Positions 46,565 through 56,078 of a DNA stretch of 64,000 nucleotides are shown here, in pieces. Every line of letters starts with the position of its first letter. Position 1 is the stretch's first letter. The stretch is from an uncultured Chitinophagales bacterium. GTDB taxonomy: Bacteria > Bacteroidota > Bacteroidia > Chitinophagales > JADIYW01. The DNA lies in the NCBI GenBank assembly GCA_964642875.1, contig CAZXRF010000004.1:7439-71438 (forward strand), written 5' to 3'. The notes under the pieces were generated by a model that was not told the DNA's origin, did not search any database, and worked only from the letters and a program-made list of their open reading frames with translations. The position numbers and the translations under genes are program-made.

Positions 46565-48799
46565 TTAGTATTCTGAGTCTTCATCAGATTGGTTAAAACT
46601 ACCCGAATCTCCACCACTAATAATAGTTGCTCCATTATCATCACAGAAATTTCTCATAAGACTACTATCTGATGGGGTAAAAAATTTCGCTTTTTGATTA
46701 AATGCCAATTTATTATCACTGTATGCCTTTTGCATAAACATTCCCCATACTGGCATTGCGGCATGGCCGCCTTGTCCGGTACTGGTGTATAAGAAACGTA
46801 ATAATGGATCATCACAACCCACCCAAACGCCAGCTAATAGTTGTGGCGTAAATCCAATAAACCATGCGTCGGTATTTTTATTGGTTGTACCTGTTTTTCC
46901 GGCCACATCGGTAGGGTAATTAAAATAAGCTCGTAAGCTTGCCGCAGTACCGCCAGGTGATACTGGTCCTTTCATTATCTCGCACATTTTATAGGCTGTA
47001 TTGTCATTAAATACTTCCTTCATTTCTGTAGTAAAATTTTGTACTACATTTCCATCTTTATCATCGATACGCAATATATATTGCGGTTTTGTGCTGATAC
47101 CTGCATTACAAAAAGTAGAATATACTGTCATCATTTCGTATAATGAAATCTCTCCTGCTCCCAAGCATATAGAGGGTACTGTCGGAATTTTTGAAGTAAT
47201 GCCCATTTTGTGCGACAAATCGACCAATGCTTCTGGGCCAAAATTTTTCATCATATATGCTGCTGCTGTATTTATGGAATGTGCTAAGCATACTTTCATT
47301 GGATAAGAACCACCAAAACGTCCTGAGTTTTTAGGTTGCCATACTTGTCCTTGGTAGGTAATTGTTATTGGACCTGTTGGGATTGGCATACATGGCGACC
47401 ATCCATTATCTACTGCTAAGGCATATTGTACGGGTTTGAACGTGGAGCCTACTTGGCGTTTCGTATTTACATTACAATGATCGTATTTAAAATACTCGAA
47501 ATTAGGGCCGCCCACCCATGCACGAACGTATCCAGTATAAGGCTCTACTGCCATAAATCCGACTTGTAAAAATGACTTGTAATATTTAACAGAATCATAC
47601 GGTGAAAGTGTAGTATCTTTTAACCCTTTGTAGGTAAATACTTTCATTCTATGTTTGTCTGTTTTAAAATTCTTAAGAATATCATCATTACTTAACCCTT
47701 GTTCTTTAAGTGCTGCCCAACGATCGGTATATTTACATGCGGTTTCTAATATTTTTTTTCCGGCATCTGTTTCCCAAGGTTTCCAACCACCGGCAAATTG
47801 TGCATTAAAGACACCTTGATAACGGGACAAGTGCTGAGTAGCAGCTTCTTCGGCATATTTTTGCAGTCGGGTATCAATAGTGGTATATATTTTTAATCCA
47901 TCGGTGTAAATATTGTACGAATCGCCATTTTGTTTTTTATTTTCTTTAGCCCATTTTTTTAGGTCTTCTGCTAATACCATTCTAAAATATGGCGCTAACC
48001 CGTCATTTGCTGTTTCGGGATGAAAATCGAGTTGGATGGGTTTGTCTTTTAATGCATTAAATTGTGCTTCGGTGATAGTACCTTGTTCCATCAATTTACG
48101 CAAAACGGTAGCACGGCGGTCGCGGGTGCGCTGCTCAAATCTTCTTGGATTATAATACGCCGGATTTTGCAACATACCAACAAACATGGCAGCTTCCTCT
48201 ACTTTTAAATCTTTCGGTTTTTTATTAAAATAAATACGCGAAGCGCTTTCAATACCGACTGCATTATTAACAAAATCAAATGTATTAAAATACATGGCAA
48301 TGATTTCTTCTTTTGTATATCTGCGCTCCAACATTATGGAGATAACGTATTCTTGGGCTTTCTGCATTATACGTTGTACTATATTATGTGCGCGATTGTG
48401 AAACATATTTTTGGCTAACTGTTGGGTGATAGTACTTCCACCGCCACCTTTTCCTAAGGTAACTACAGCACGCAACGTCCCCCAAAAATCAATACCTGAA
48501 TGGTCGTAAAAGCGCTCATCTTCATTTGCCACTAATGCTTTAACTAAATATGAAGGTAACTCTTCGTAAGATACATTGCTTCTATTGTCCACAAAGTATT
48601 TTCCAATCAGAACAGAATCTGCTGAATATATTTCCGAAGCGAGGTTTGCTGTTGGGTTTTCCAATTCATCAAAGCTCGGCAATTTACCAAAAATCCCAAG
48701 TCGCACAAACAGGAAGAAAAGAACAATACCTCCTACAAACAGCCCGAATACCTTCCAAAGGTGTTTCGGGTTTTTCAACCATTCTATTTTATTGTTCAT
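46565..48799 (-). CDS. mrcA: Penicillin-binding protein 1A (bifunctional glycosyltransferase/transpeptidase)
   Basis: N-terminal TM anchor, GT51 motifs (EDERFYDHSGID, GGSTITQQLAKN, RKxxE), transpeptidase SxxK (GSTFKP), SIN and KTGTT motifs. Confidence 0.9.
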   Translation of the reverse strand: MNNKIEWLKNPKHLWKVFGLFVGGIVLFFLFVRLGIFGKLPSFDELENPTANLASEIYSADSVLIGKYFVDNRSNVSYEELPSYLVKALVANEDERFYDHSGIDFWGTLRAVVTLGKGGGGSTITQQLAKNMFHNRAHNIVQRIMQKAQEYVISIMLERRYTKEEIIAMYFNTFDFVNNAVGIESASRIYFNKKPKDLKVEEAAMFVGMLQNPAYYNPRRFEQRTRDRRATVLRKLMEQGTITEAQFNALKDKPIQLDFHPETANDGLAPYFRMVLAEDLKKWAKENKKQNGDSYNIYTDGLKIYTTIDTRLQKYAEEAATQHLSRYQGVFNAQFAGGWKPWETDAGKKILETACKYTDRWAALKEQGLSNDDILKNFKTDKHRMKVFTYKGLKDTTLSPYDSVKYYKSFLQVGFMAVEPYTGYVRAWVGGPNFEYFKYDHCNVNTKRQVGSTFKPVQYALAVDNGWSPCMPIPTGPITITYQGQVWQPKNSGRFGGSYPMKVCLAHSINTAAAYMMKNFGPEALVDLSHKMGITSKIPTVPSICLGAGEISLYEMMTVYSTFCNAGISTKPQYILRIDDKDGNVVQNFTTEMKEVFNDNTAYKMCEIMKGPVSPGGTAASLRAYFNYPTDVAGKTGTTNKNTDAWFIGFTPQLLAGVWVGCDDPLLRFLYTSTGQGGHAAMPVWGMFMQKAYSDNKLAFNQKAKFFTPSDSSLMRNFCDDNGATIISGGDSGSFNQSDEDSEY

Positions 48800-51700
48800 T
48801 GCTTCAAATAATTATTTTTAAAAAAAGTGGAATAGGAGTCAAAATCGGCAGTATTTTTTATCAACTTAAAATTGGGTGGAGCTATAATATAGAATGCTGC
48901 TTTATCTGTATTGTTCTCGCCTACGATAGCTGCCGGTTTTTCTATCATAGCTTTATAATATGGAAGTGCTTCTGATATGTTTTCAAATTTTTTCATCTGT
49001 ATTACGGCATATCCATCTACAAAGAATGGGCTTACTTTTATCTTTCTATCGCTGAAATGCTTTTTATTGAATTGATGTATCATGGAAACTACTTCTGTAA
49101 CATTCAAATATTTATCTTTCAATTGAACTAACACCAACAGATCGGTGGTATCCATTTTAAATTTATCATATAAAGTATCTTTGGCTGCTGCGGCATTTGG
49201 ATTATATAATGCTTGACGGGCAGAATCGGTTAATTTATTTTCAAATTGGATATAAGCAATTAAATATTCTTGTGCTTTTGTCTTCACATCGCCGTCTTTG
49301 TATTTCAAAATTATATCGGACAGTGCGGTTTTATACCTATCTAATTTTTTCAATTTTCCGTAAGATATTGCTTCTAACAAATCAAATTGTTGCAACTGTG
49401 GTGCGCCGGGATATAGTGATTTTGCTATAAATCTATTTTTTATAACTTGTTCGTATTTTCCATCTTTAAAAAATTGGTAGGTAGAGTCATATAATTTTTC
49501 TACCGTTTGAATTGAGGCATCTATTACTTTTTCTTTGCCTTCGTTAATCAGTACTGCGGCAACATCACTCAAAGGATAATTTTTCAGAATGTATTCTTTT
49601 TCTTTTTGTGCCAAGCCTGATAGATTTTGTTCGTTATAAATTAAATATTCATAATAATGTGCCACGGCATCAAATTCATTATTGGGAAATCTTCGGATAA
49701 GCTCATCAAATGCTTGTTTGGCTTTGGGGATATTATTTAATTTATTTCTAAACACTTCGCCTTCGCCAAAGAGTGCTGTGGCAATTTTTATATCAGATTT
49801 CATAAAATCTTCTGGTGTTTTTGGAATTTTCAGAGAATCTGCTACTGCTGTGCTGGCAATTGTTTTTTTCTTTTGTTTCAAACTAGTTATTGTCGCTGTT
49901 GTATCAGCATTTGCGGAGTTATCATCCATTTTATCATCATCAAAAAATCCCGATTTTGAGCTACGACGCCAATTGGGTTCTAATTTTCGGTCACCCCAAA
50001 TACGTATAAATTCATTATATCCTTTGCTTTTTGCTTCCGGATTATAAAAATACCACAAACCATTGGAAACTGCATCTTCAGGTACAAATGAAGTTGCGGC
50101 ATATCCATTGCTTCCGATATCGGAACTAAATCTTGATTTTTTCTTGTCTTCTTTTTCTTTAGTTGCGGCGATATCTGCCAAATATTTTTCCAATTCTTTT
50201 GGTGACATTTTCCCCAATCGTTGCAAACTGTCTTGTTCTTGTATTGTTTTAACGTATTTTGCCAATTCATTCAACACATCTTTCCTACTTACTATTTTAT
50301 CGTAGTTATCGGTTGTTTTCGGTAAATATACGATAGCACTATCATAATAAACGGTGGCTTTTGCGTATAATTCTTTGTCGTAATAAATTTCACCCAACCT
50401 TAGAAAGGATTGTCCTTTTTGTGCCTTATTATTTAAGGAACGTTTTACAGATTTTTCTAAATAAGCAATGGAATTAGCGGTATCTTTTTGGAAGTAGTAA
50501 TAGTTGGCAATAGTATAAAGCACTTCATCTGCGTGTTCTTTATTTTTTCCAAAGCGTATCAGTTTCTCTAGCATTTTCACAATATCTTGATTCGCCAAAT
50601 CAGGATGGATGCTATACAGTTTTGCTAATTGTATTTGCGCATACAAATTCATATCTTCTGATTTGGTGTGTTTGCCAGCTTTTACATAGTAATCAACAGC
50701 ATCTGCCGGTTGGTTATTCATGGTATATAATTGTGCTAAAATATATTCATAATAAGCTTTATCTTTTTTCTTTTTAAAGTACAACATTGCATTTTCCAAC
50801 TGCTCAATAGCTGGCGAATAATCGTTTCTACGGAGGTTGTAATAGGCATCCATCAAGTAAAATTCCCGACGTTGCTTTTTGGTGAGTTTTCGCAAAGCTT
50901 CTCCATAAGAAATCATGCTTCTGGCATCAGCATATTTACCTAATTCTATCAATGATTTCGACATCCAAACAATTGCATCGGGGCGCGAAGGTTGGTGTTT
51001 TATTTTTTCCCATAAAGTAAGTTTGTCAAACTTCGCTTCTTTTTTGGGGTCAAGTTGTTTGAGTGGATTTTGGTTGGTTCTATCGCCCGTTGTATCTTTA
51101 AAATAAGGGTTTTTTACATATTGGTCACCCAATAAAATATATGGCAGCTTAGGGTTATAATTTGGTTTTTCTACTTTTTTCACACTTGTATTTGCTTTCA
51201 GCACGGTAGAATCTATTTTAGTAGTTTTCCCTTTTGCCTTAGCAATCAGCTCTTGTGGAATTTTTTTGCCTTTCTTCTGTAATTCTATAATTTTCTTTTT
51301 CGCTTTTATAATTTCCTCTAATTCTTTTTTCTTTTTATCGATAGCAGATTTTTGCTTTTGACGTGCGGTTTCTGCCTGTTCTTTGGCTTGTTCTTGTTGG
51401 AATTTGTATTTAAACTCTATAATTTTTTTCTTTTCGCCCATTTGTTTCTCCAACTCTTTTTGGCGTTTCCGTATATATTTTAATCTATCTTTATTACTAA
51501 ATTCCAATTTCATGTTCATCTTTCCGGGCTTCATTGTCGTTACAATGTATTGGAAAGTTACTAAAGACGTATCATACTGTTTGCGCAAGAACTGAGATTT
51601 TCCCAATAAAAGGAAAGCATTATCTCGCCAGCGGCTATAATCATGCAATTGCAAAACAATGCCGTTTTTTTTGGCTATTGTTTCTAGTTCGGGTGTATAT

Positions 51701-51978
51701 TGTGTAAAATCTGCTTGGTCATGAAAATAGAATGGAAGTAATTTATTGTAGTCATATTCTCTTTTGAAATTAAAATTATGTACTATCTCTTTATACAATT
51801 CATTTGCATTGAAATAATAGTTATTACGAGTGGTGACATCGCCCCAAGCACGTTTCATTATATTAGGTCTTTCGTACTGCGATGCTGGTTTTTTCTTCTT
51901 ACTAGCAAATGAATGCGTAAAAAAGAAAAAAATACAGCCCATCAGCAAAAACAGTTTTTTACTCGTAAATAGATACAT
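48796..51978 (-). CDS. Large TPR-repeat envelope protein, possibly PorW/SprE-like
   Basis: Signal sequence with a Cys (LLMGC), then DVTTRNNYYFNANELYKE, which resembles the T.(R/H)YN.YF.A motif I associate with PorW/SprE N-termini. It has a K/E-rich coiled segment and many TPR-like repeats. Its stop overlaps the PBP1A start (ATGA). Confidence 0.45.
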   Translation of the reverse strand: MYLFTSKKLFLLMGCIFFFFTHSFASKKKKPASQYERPNIMKRAWGDVTTRNNYYFNANELYKEIVHNFNFKREYDYNKLLPFYFHDQADFTQYTPELETIAKKNGIVLQLHDYSRWRDNAFLLLGKSQFLRKQYDTSLVTFQYIVTTMKPGKMNMKLEFSNKDRLKYIRKRQKELEKQMGEKKKIIEFKYKFQQEQAKEQAETARQKQKSAIDKKKKELEEIIKAKKKIIELQKKGKKIPQELIAKAKGKTTKIDSTVLKANTSVKKVEKPNYNPKLPYILLGDQYVKNPYFKDTTGDRTNQNPLKQLDPKKEAKFDKLTLWEKIKHQPSRPDAIVWMSKSLIELGKYADARSMISYGEALRKLTKKQRREFYLMDAYYNLRRNDYSPAIEQLENAMLYFKKKKDKAYYEYILAQLYTMNNQPADAVDYYVKAGKHTKSEDMNLYAQIQLAKLYSIHPDLANQDIVKMLEKLIRFGKNKEHADEVLYTIANYYYFQKDTANSIAYLEKSVKRSLNNKAQKGQSFLRLGEIYYDKELYAKATVYYDSAIVYLPKTTDNYDKIVSRKDVLNELAKYVKTIQEQDSLQRLGKMSPKELEKYLADIAATKEKEDKKKSRFSSDIGSNGYAATSFVPEDAVSNGLWYFYNPEAKSKGYNEFIRIWGDRKLEPNWRRSSKSGFFDDDKMDDNSANADTTATITSLKQKKKTIASTAVADSLKIPKTPEDFMKSDIKIATALFGEGEVFRNKLNNIPKAKQAFDELIRRFPNNEFDAVAHYYEYLIYNEQNLSGLAQKEKEYILKNYPLSDVAAVLINEGKEKVIDASIQTVEKLYDSTYQFFKDGKYEQVIKNRFIAKSLYPGAPQLQQFDLLEAISYGKLKKLDRYKTALSDIILKYKDGDVKTKAQEYLIAYIQFENKLTDSARQALYNPNAAAAKDTLYDKFKMDTTDLLVLVQLKDKYLNVTEVVSMIHQFNKKHFSDRKIKVSPFFVDGYAVIQMKKFENISEALPYYKAMIEKPAAIVGENNTDKAAFYIIAPPNFKLIKNTADFDSYSTFFKNNYLKQ

Positions 51979-52058
51979 GCTCGTTATAATTCCCTAATTT
52001 TAACGCAATTTCTTAAATTTATTTTACTTATTAGAGTGAAATTTATCTAAATCTGTAA

Positions 52059-52931
52059 ATGGCATTTAAAAAAGAAGATTGGAAAAACTGGAAAGCGAAA
52101 TTAAAAAATGTATATCGCTTCCAAATTATAGATGAAAAAAGCTATGATGTAAAGTTGGTATTGGAACTAAGCCGGCTGAATATTTTAGTGGGTATAGGCT
52201 TGCTTTTAGCTATTTTTACTGCAATAAATTTCTTTTTCATTGCTTTTACCCCTTTAAAACAATACATACCAGGTTATGGCTCATCGGCAGGTAGAAAGGA
52301 AGTGATGAAGGTAAGCGTGAAGGCAGAGCAACTAGAAGACAAATTAGATGCACAACAAGAATATATCACCAACCTGCAAGATATCTTAAACGACAATATC
52401 ACACTACCGGATACTTCGAAAACTAAACTAAAAAAAGCAAAAATAGATACAGGAATTTTAAGTATAAAAACTACAGATGAAAGAAAATTTGTACAAGAAG
52501 TAGAAAAGGGATTAAAAAATGCTGAATTATTGGAATCGGTACAAGATAGTAGGGTAAGCCCCTTGAGCAACTTACATATCGGGAGGCCGGTATCAGGTGC
52601 TATAATTTCTAAGTTTTCAGACGAAAAACCATTTATTTCTTTTTTAGCCCGTCCCAACGAAGAGGTTAGAGCCGTATTATCGGGCAATGTTATTTTTACT
52701 GGATATTCTGCTGAAAATGAATATTATCTTCTAATTCAGACTGACAATCAATTAGTTTACATATTAAAAAACAACAGTCAATTATTGAAGAAAACGGGTA
52801 ACTTTGTAAATGTTGGCGAAGCGGTTGCCAAGGCTGGAAAAAATATGCTAACAAAAGACAAATCTGCTATGGTTGATTTGGAACTTTGGTATAGAGGACA
52901 GCCAATTGACGCACAAAAATTTATAAAATAG
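52059..52931 (+). CDS. Membrane-anchored LytM/M23-like protein with degenerate active site
   Basis: One TM segment, a coiled coil, and a C-terminal M23-like fold (GRPVSGAIISKF...VLSGNVIFTGY...VNVGEAVAKAG). The HxxxD and HxH metal ligands are replaced (FISFLARP, QTDNQLVYILKN, VDLELW). Confidence 0.6.
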   Translation: MAFKKEDWKNWKAKLKNVYRFQIIDEKSYDVKLVLELSRLNILVGIGLLLAIFTAINFFFIAFTPLKQYIPGYGSSAGRKEVMKVSVKAEQLEDKLDAQQEYITNLQDILNDNITLPDTSKTKLKKAKIDTGILSIKTTDERKFVQEVEKGLKNAELLESVQDSRVSPLSNLHIGRPVSGAIISKFSDEKPFISFLARPNEEVRAVLSGNVIFTGYSAENEYYLLIQTDNQLVYILKNNSQLLKKTGNFVNVGEAVAKAGKNMLTKDKSAMVDLELWYRGQPIDAQKFIK

Positions 52932-52936
52932 AAAGT

Positions 52937-53362
52937 ATGTTTTCAAAAATAACTTCTAAAAACAATTTAGAAACAATGGTAGCCAACAAAATAAATGAAG
53001 GTACCTTAATAACTGGCGATCTTACCGCCCAAACCGATATCCGTATTGATGGCAAAGTCACTGGTAATATTATTTGTACGGCGAAAGTAGTAATTGGGAG
53101 TTCTTCTCATATTATTGGCAATATCCACTGCAATGACCTTACTATAGAAGGAAAAATAAGAGGAAATATAGAAGTAAACGGTACTTTATATTTACGTTCT
53201 ACAGCTCAATTTGAAGGCGATGTAAAATATAAAAAACTGATAGTGGAAGAAGGTGCTTCCATCTCGGGTTCTTTAGTAAATACTACCCCTATAAACAAAC
53301 CTATCCAACAAACGCAACAAAATGGGCAAACCGCTCCTCCCCAACGACAACACGCCGGATAA
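52937..53362 (+). CDS. Bactofilin-family cytoskeletal protein
   Basis: Repetitive beta-helix pattern (GTLITGDLTAQTDIRIDGKVTGNIICTAKVVIGSSSHIIGNIHCNDLTIEGKIRGNIEV...) and a P/Q-rich tail. Confidence 0.8.
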   Translation: MFSKITSKNNLETMVANKINEGTLITGDLTAQTDIRIDGKVTGNIICTAKVVIGSSSHIIGNIHCNDLTIEGKIRGNIEVNGTLYLRSTAQFEGDVKYKKLIVEEGASISGSLVNTTPINKPIQQTQQNGQTAPPQRQHAG

Positions 53363-53549
53363 GAAGCCTACCTACTGGCTTGTATATTCGGGAATGGCAT
53401 TTGAAATGTTTGCTGTTATTGGTGCATTTACCACAATAGGCTATTTTGCCGATAAAAAAATAAACACTTCACCATGGTTGTTAATTACATTTTTATTAAT
53501 AGGAGCAGCTCTTTCGTTTTATTCCATTTTCAAACAATTGAATCGTTAG
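53322..53549 (+). CDS. AtpZ/AtpI-like small membrane protein
   Basis: KKPTYWLVYSGMAFEMFAVIGAFTTIGYFADKK plus a second TM segment. The only start codon upstream of the conserved segment is the ATG at 53322, 41 nt inside the bactofilin gene. Confidence 0.55.
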   Translation: MGKPLLPNDNTPDKKPTYWLVYSGMAFEMFAVIGAFTTIGYFADKKINTSPWLLITFLLIGAALSFYSIFKQLNR

Positions 53550-53552
53550 TTT

Positions 53553-53918
53553 ATGTATCTAAAATGGCTATTTAGCTTGATAGGCATTACTTTTATTTTT
53601 CTTGCTTTGCACTGGATACTTCCTATTGCTGGCACCTCAGGATATTTATGGGTAACGATGAGCATGGCGATAGTTTCTTTCCTCTACTTTTTCATGGTTA
53701 CTATTTCTTCAAAAAAAGAAAGCACGGAAGTAGTAGGTGGAAATTTAGCAGCTATAGTCGTAAAATTTATTTTATCGGCTACGATAATTATTTTCTACGT
53801 TATTTTTTCAAAAAAAACCGAACGCCTAGATTTTGTTTGGTTTTTTGTGGCTTATGGTATTTACTCTATTGTAAATTATCCTTTTGCATATTTTTACAAT
53901 TACACAGAAAAATATTGA
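53553..53918 (+). CDS. Hypothetical four-TM membrane protein
   Basis: 121 aa with four hydrophobic segments. It starts 3 nt after the previous stop. No family recognised. Confidence 0.45.
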   Translation: MYLKWLFSLIGITFIFLALHWILPIAGTSGYLWVTMSMAIVSFLYFFMVTISSKKESTEVVGGNLAAIVVKFILSATIIIFYVIFSKKTERLDFVWFFVAYGIYSIVNYPFAYFYNYTEKY

Positions 53919-53955
53919 CTTTGGCGTTATTTTTGTTTAAGATTAATTAAAAAAT

Positions 53956-54501
53956 ATGGTATCTAAATTTTTCACCCTCAGCATAGTAATAGCACTTTTT
54001 GTTATCCTTACCGGCTTTAAGCCGCCTAAGTCTCCAACGCCGCAAAACGATATTTTATACTCTAAATATGGTGGTGACGTGGATAAAATGCTACGCGAAG
54101 AACGCCGATTAGATTCTATTGCCCACCCCTATTTATACAAATCAGAAGAACCCAAAAAAGAAGTAACTTCTACCATAGATGACGAATCGGTAATTGTAGA
54201 AAAAGCAGCGATTATGCCACAATTTCCCGATGGCGAAAAAGCATTGAAAGAATATATTGCATCGAGTACTACATTTTATATTCCCGATACACTAATTGGA
54301 AAAAATGCAACGGTAATAGTAAAATTTTATATCAATACTTTAGGCGATGTGAAAAGTCCAAAAGTTATAAAATCTGACAATCCATCTTTCGACTTACAAG
54401 CAATTATGCTTGTAGATGGCATGCCCAAATGGACACCTGCAAAACAAAATGGAAAAGAGGTAAATTGCTACATCACTTTACCTATTAAATTTGGAGAATA
54501 A
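53956..54501 (+). CDS. TonB C-terminal-domain protein
   Basis: N-terminal TM anchor, P/K/E-containing linker, C-terminal TonB_C-like domain (AAIMPQFPDGEKALKEYI ... VIVKFYINTLGDV ...). Confidence 0.7.
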   Translation: MVSKFFTLSIVIALFVILTGFKPPKSPTPQNDILYSKYGGDVDKMLREERRLDSIAHPYLYKSEEPKKEVTSTIDDESVIVEKAAIMPQFPDGEKALKEYIASSTTFYIPDTLIGKNATVIVKFYINTLGDVKSPKVIKSDNPSFDLQAIMLVDGMPKWTPAKQNGKEVNCYITLPIKFGE

Positions 54502-54514
54502 CCTTGTAATCTGC

Positions 54515-55291
54515 TTATTTTATTTGAAATAAATCAAAAGCATTTTGTGTGGTAATAGCTGCAATTTCATCAAGACTCTTTTCATAAACCGTGCATAAAG
54601 TTTCTGCTATAATTTTAGTATAGGCACTCTCATTTCGCTTTCCCCGAAACGGCACTGGTGGCAAATATGGTGAATCGGTTTCCAACACAATTTTCTGTAA
54701 AGGCACCTGTTTCAGTGTTTCTCTAAGGTGCGTATTTTTGTATGTTACCACTCCACCTATTCCCAAATAATAATCGAGTTTCAACAATTCTTTTGCTTCT
54801 TCAGTGCTTCCTGTAAAACAATGAAATACACCGTGCGGGCGTTGCTTTCTTTTCTTTAATAATTCAATCAAAACATGCAATGAATCTCGAGCATGTACTG
54901 CAATAGGTAGGTTTTTTTCTATCGCCCAATCACATTGTATTTCAAAGGCTTCTTTCTGAATAGCTAAGGTCGTTTTATCCCAATATAAATCAATTCCAAT
55001 TTCACCAACTGCCACAAAATTAGATACATCAAATAATAGCTTTTGCATAGTTGCTAATTCTTGCTTATACGTTTCTGGTTTTACATAACAAGGATGCAAC
55101 CCCAACATCGGAAAAATATGTTTTGGATACTGGCGCACAATTTCCAACATATTATTTATAGTGGAAGAATCTACATTCGGAATCAATAGGGAAGAAACAC
55201 CGGCATCAATGGCACGTTGTATCATCTCATTTCGGTCGGTATTAAATTGTTCTTCGTATAAATGGGTATGAGTATCTACTAATTTCAACAT
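54515..55291 (-). CDS. TatD-family metal-dependent hydrolase/DNase
   Basis: LVDTHTHLY N-terminal motif and later His/Asp ligands (AVHARD, GVFHCF, LETDSPYL). Confidence 0.9.
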   Translation of the reverse strand: MLKLVDTHTHLYEEQFNTDRNEMIQRAIDAGVSSLLIPNVDSSTINNMLEIVRQYPKHIFPMLGLHPCYVKPETYKQELATMQKLLFDVSNFVAVGEIGIDLYWDKTTLAIQKEAFEIQCDWAIEKNLPIAVHARDSLHVLIELLKKRKQRPHGVFHCFTGSTEEAKELLKLDYYLGIGGVVTYKNTHLRETLKQVPLQKIVLETDSPYLPPVPFRGKRNESAYTKIIAETLCTVYEKSLDEIAAITTQNAFDLFQIK

Positions 55292-55319
55292 AAAGAGCGT
55301 TAATTATGAGTATTAAATT

Positions 55320-55946
55320 TTACAAAATTATCCGATTAGTTTTTAAGCCTTTATTATAAATATATTCCAACCACTTTGGCAAGCAATAGTATAAATGTTG
55401 CAGTGCTTTTTCATTATCATGCAAACAAATTATATCGCCGCTGCACAAATTATTTATTGCATTGTTATAACATTTTTCAGTTGAAATAGTTACATCAAAA
55501 TCTCCGGGCATCAAACTCCATAGAACTATTAAAGAAGGCAAATCGGATATTTGGCTAAGTTTTATTTTCCCATACGGCGGACGAAACAATTTTATTTCAC
55601 TACCTGATATATGTTCTAAAATTTCATTTCCTTTTTTATAATTCTCCATAAAATCAATAGGCGATATTTTCCATCCATTCAAATGCTTATATCCGTGATT
55701 ACCGATAGCATGTCCTCTATCTAAAATTTCAAGAATCAATTCAGGGTGTTTTTCTGCATTTTCTCCCAAACAAAAAAAAGTAGCTTTGGCGTTGTATTTA
55801 TCTAATTGCGCTAATATAAAGTGCGTATTTTGCGGATGCGGTCCATCATCAAAAGTGAGAAAAATTGAATTTTCATTACTTGGAAACTCCCAGATAATAT
55901 TTGGAAAAAGTTTTTTTACTATAAAAGGAGTTCGGATAAAATACAT
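55320..55946 (-). CDS. Polysaccharide deacetylase (NodB-domain) family protein
   Basis: FLTFDDGPHP, ATFFCLG and IGNHGYKH motifs. Confidence 0.8.
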   Translation of the reverse strand: MYFIRTPFIVKKLFPNIIWEFPSNENSIFLTFDDGPHPQNTHFILAQLDKYNAKATFFCLGENAEKHPELILEILDRGHAIGNHGYKHLNGWKISPIDFMENYKKGNEILEHISGSEIKLFRPPYGKIKLSQISDLPSLIVLWSLMPGDFDVTISTEKCYNNAINNLCSGDIICLHDNEKALQHLYYCLPKWLEYIYNKGLKTNRIIL

Positions 55947-56078
55947 GAATTTATTTGAGGCTTGAAAATTAGTTAATTTGAAAATGATATAAGATTGTTC
56001 TTTTAAAAAATATAAATAGCTAATTTTACACTACAAAGATATTATTTTCAACATTTCAAATCATTATATTTTCTAATT

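Noticed and set aside
53648-53950. 100-aa alternative-frame ORF overlapping the four-TM protein gene.
   Set aside because: It is on the same strand in a different frame, with a low-complexity Phe/Tyr/Arg-rich product. The 121-aa frame has coherent TM segments and tight operon spacing.
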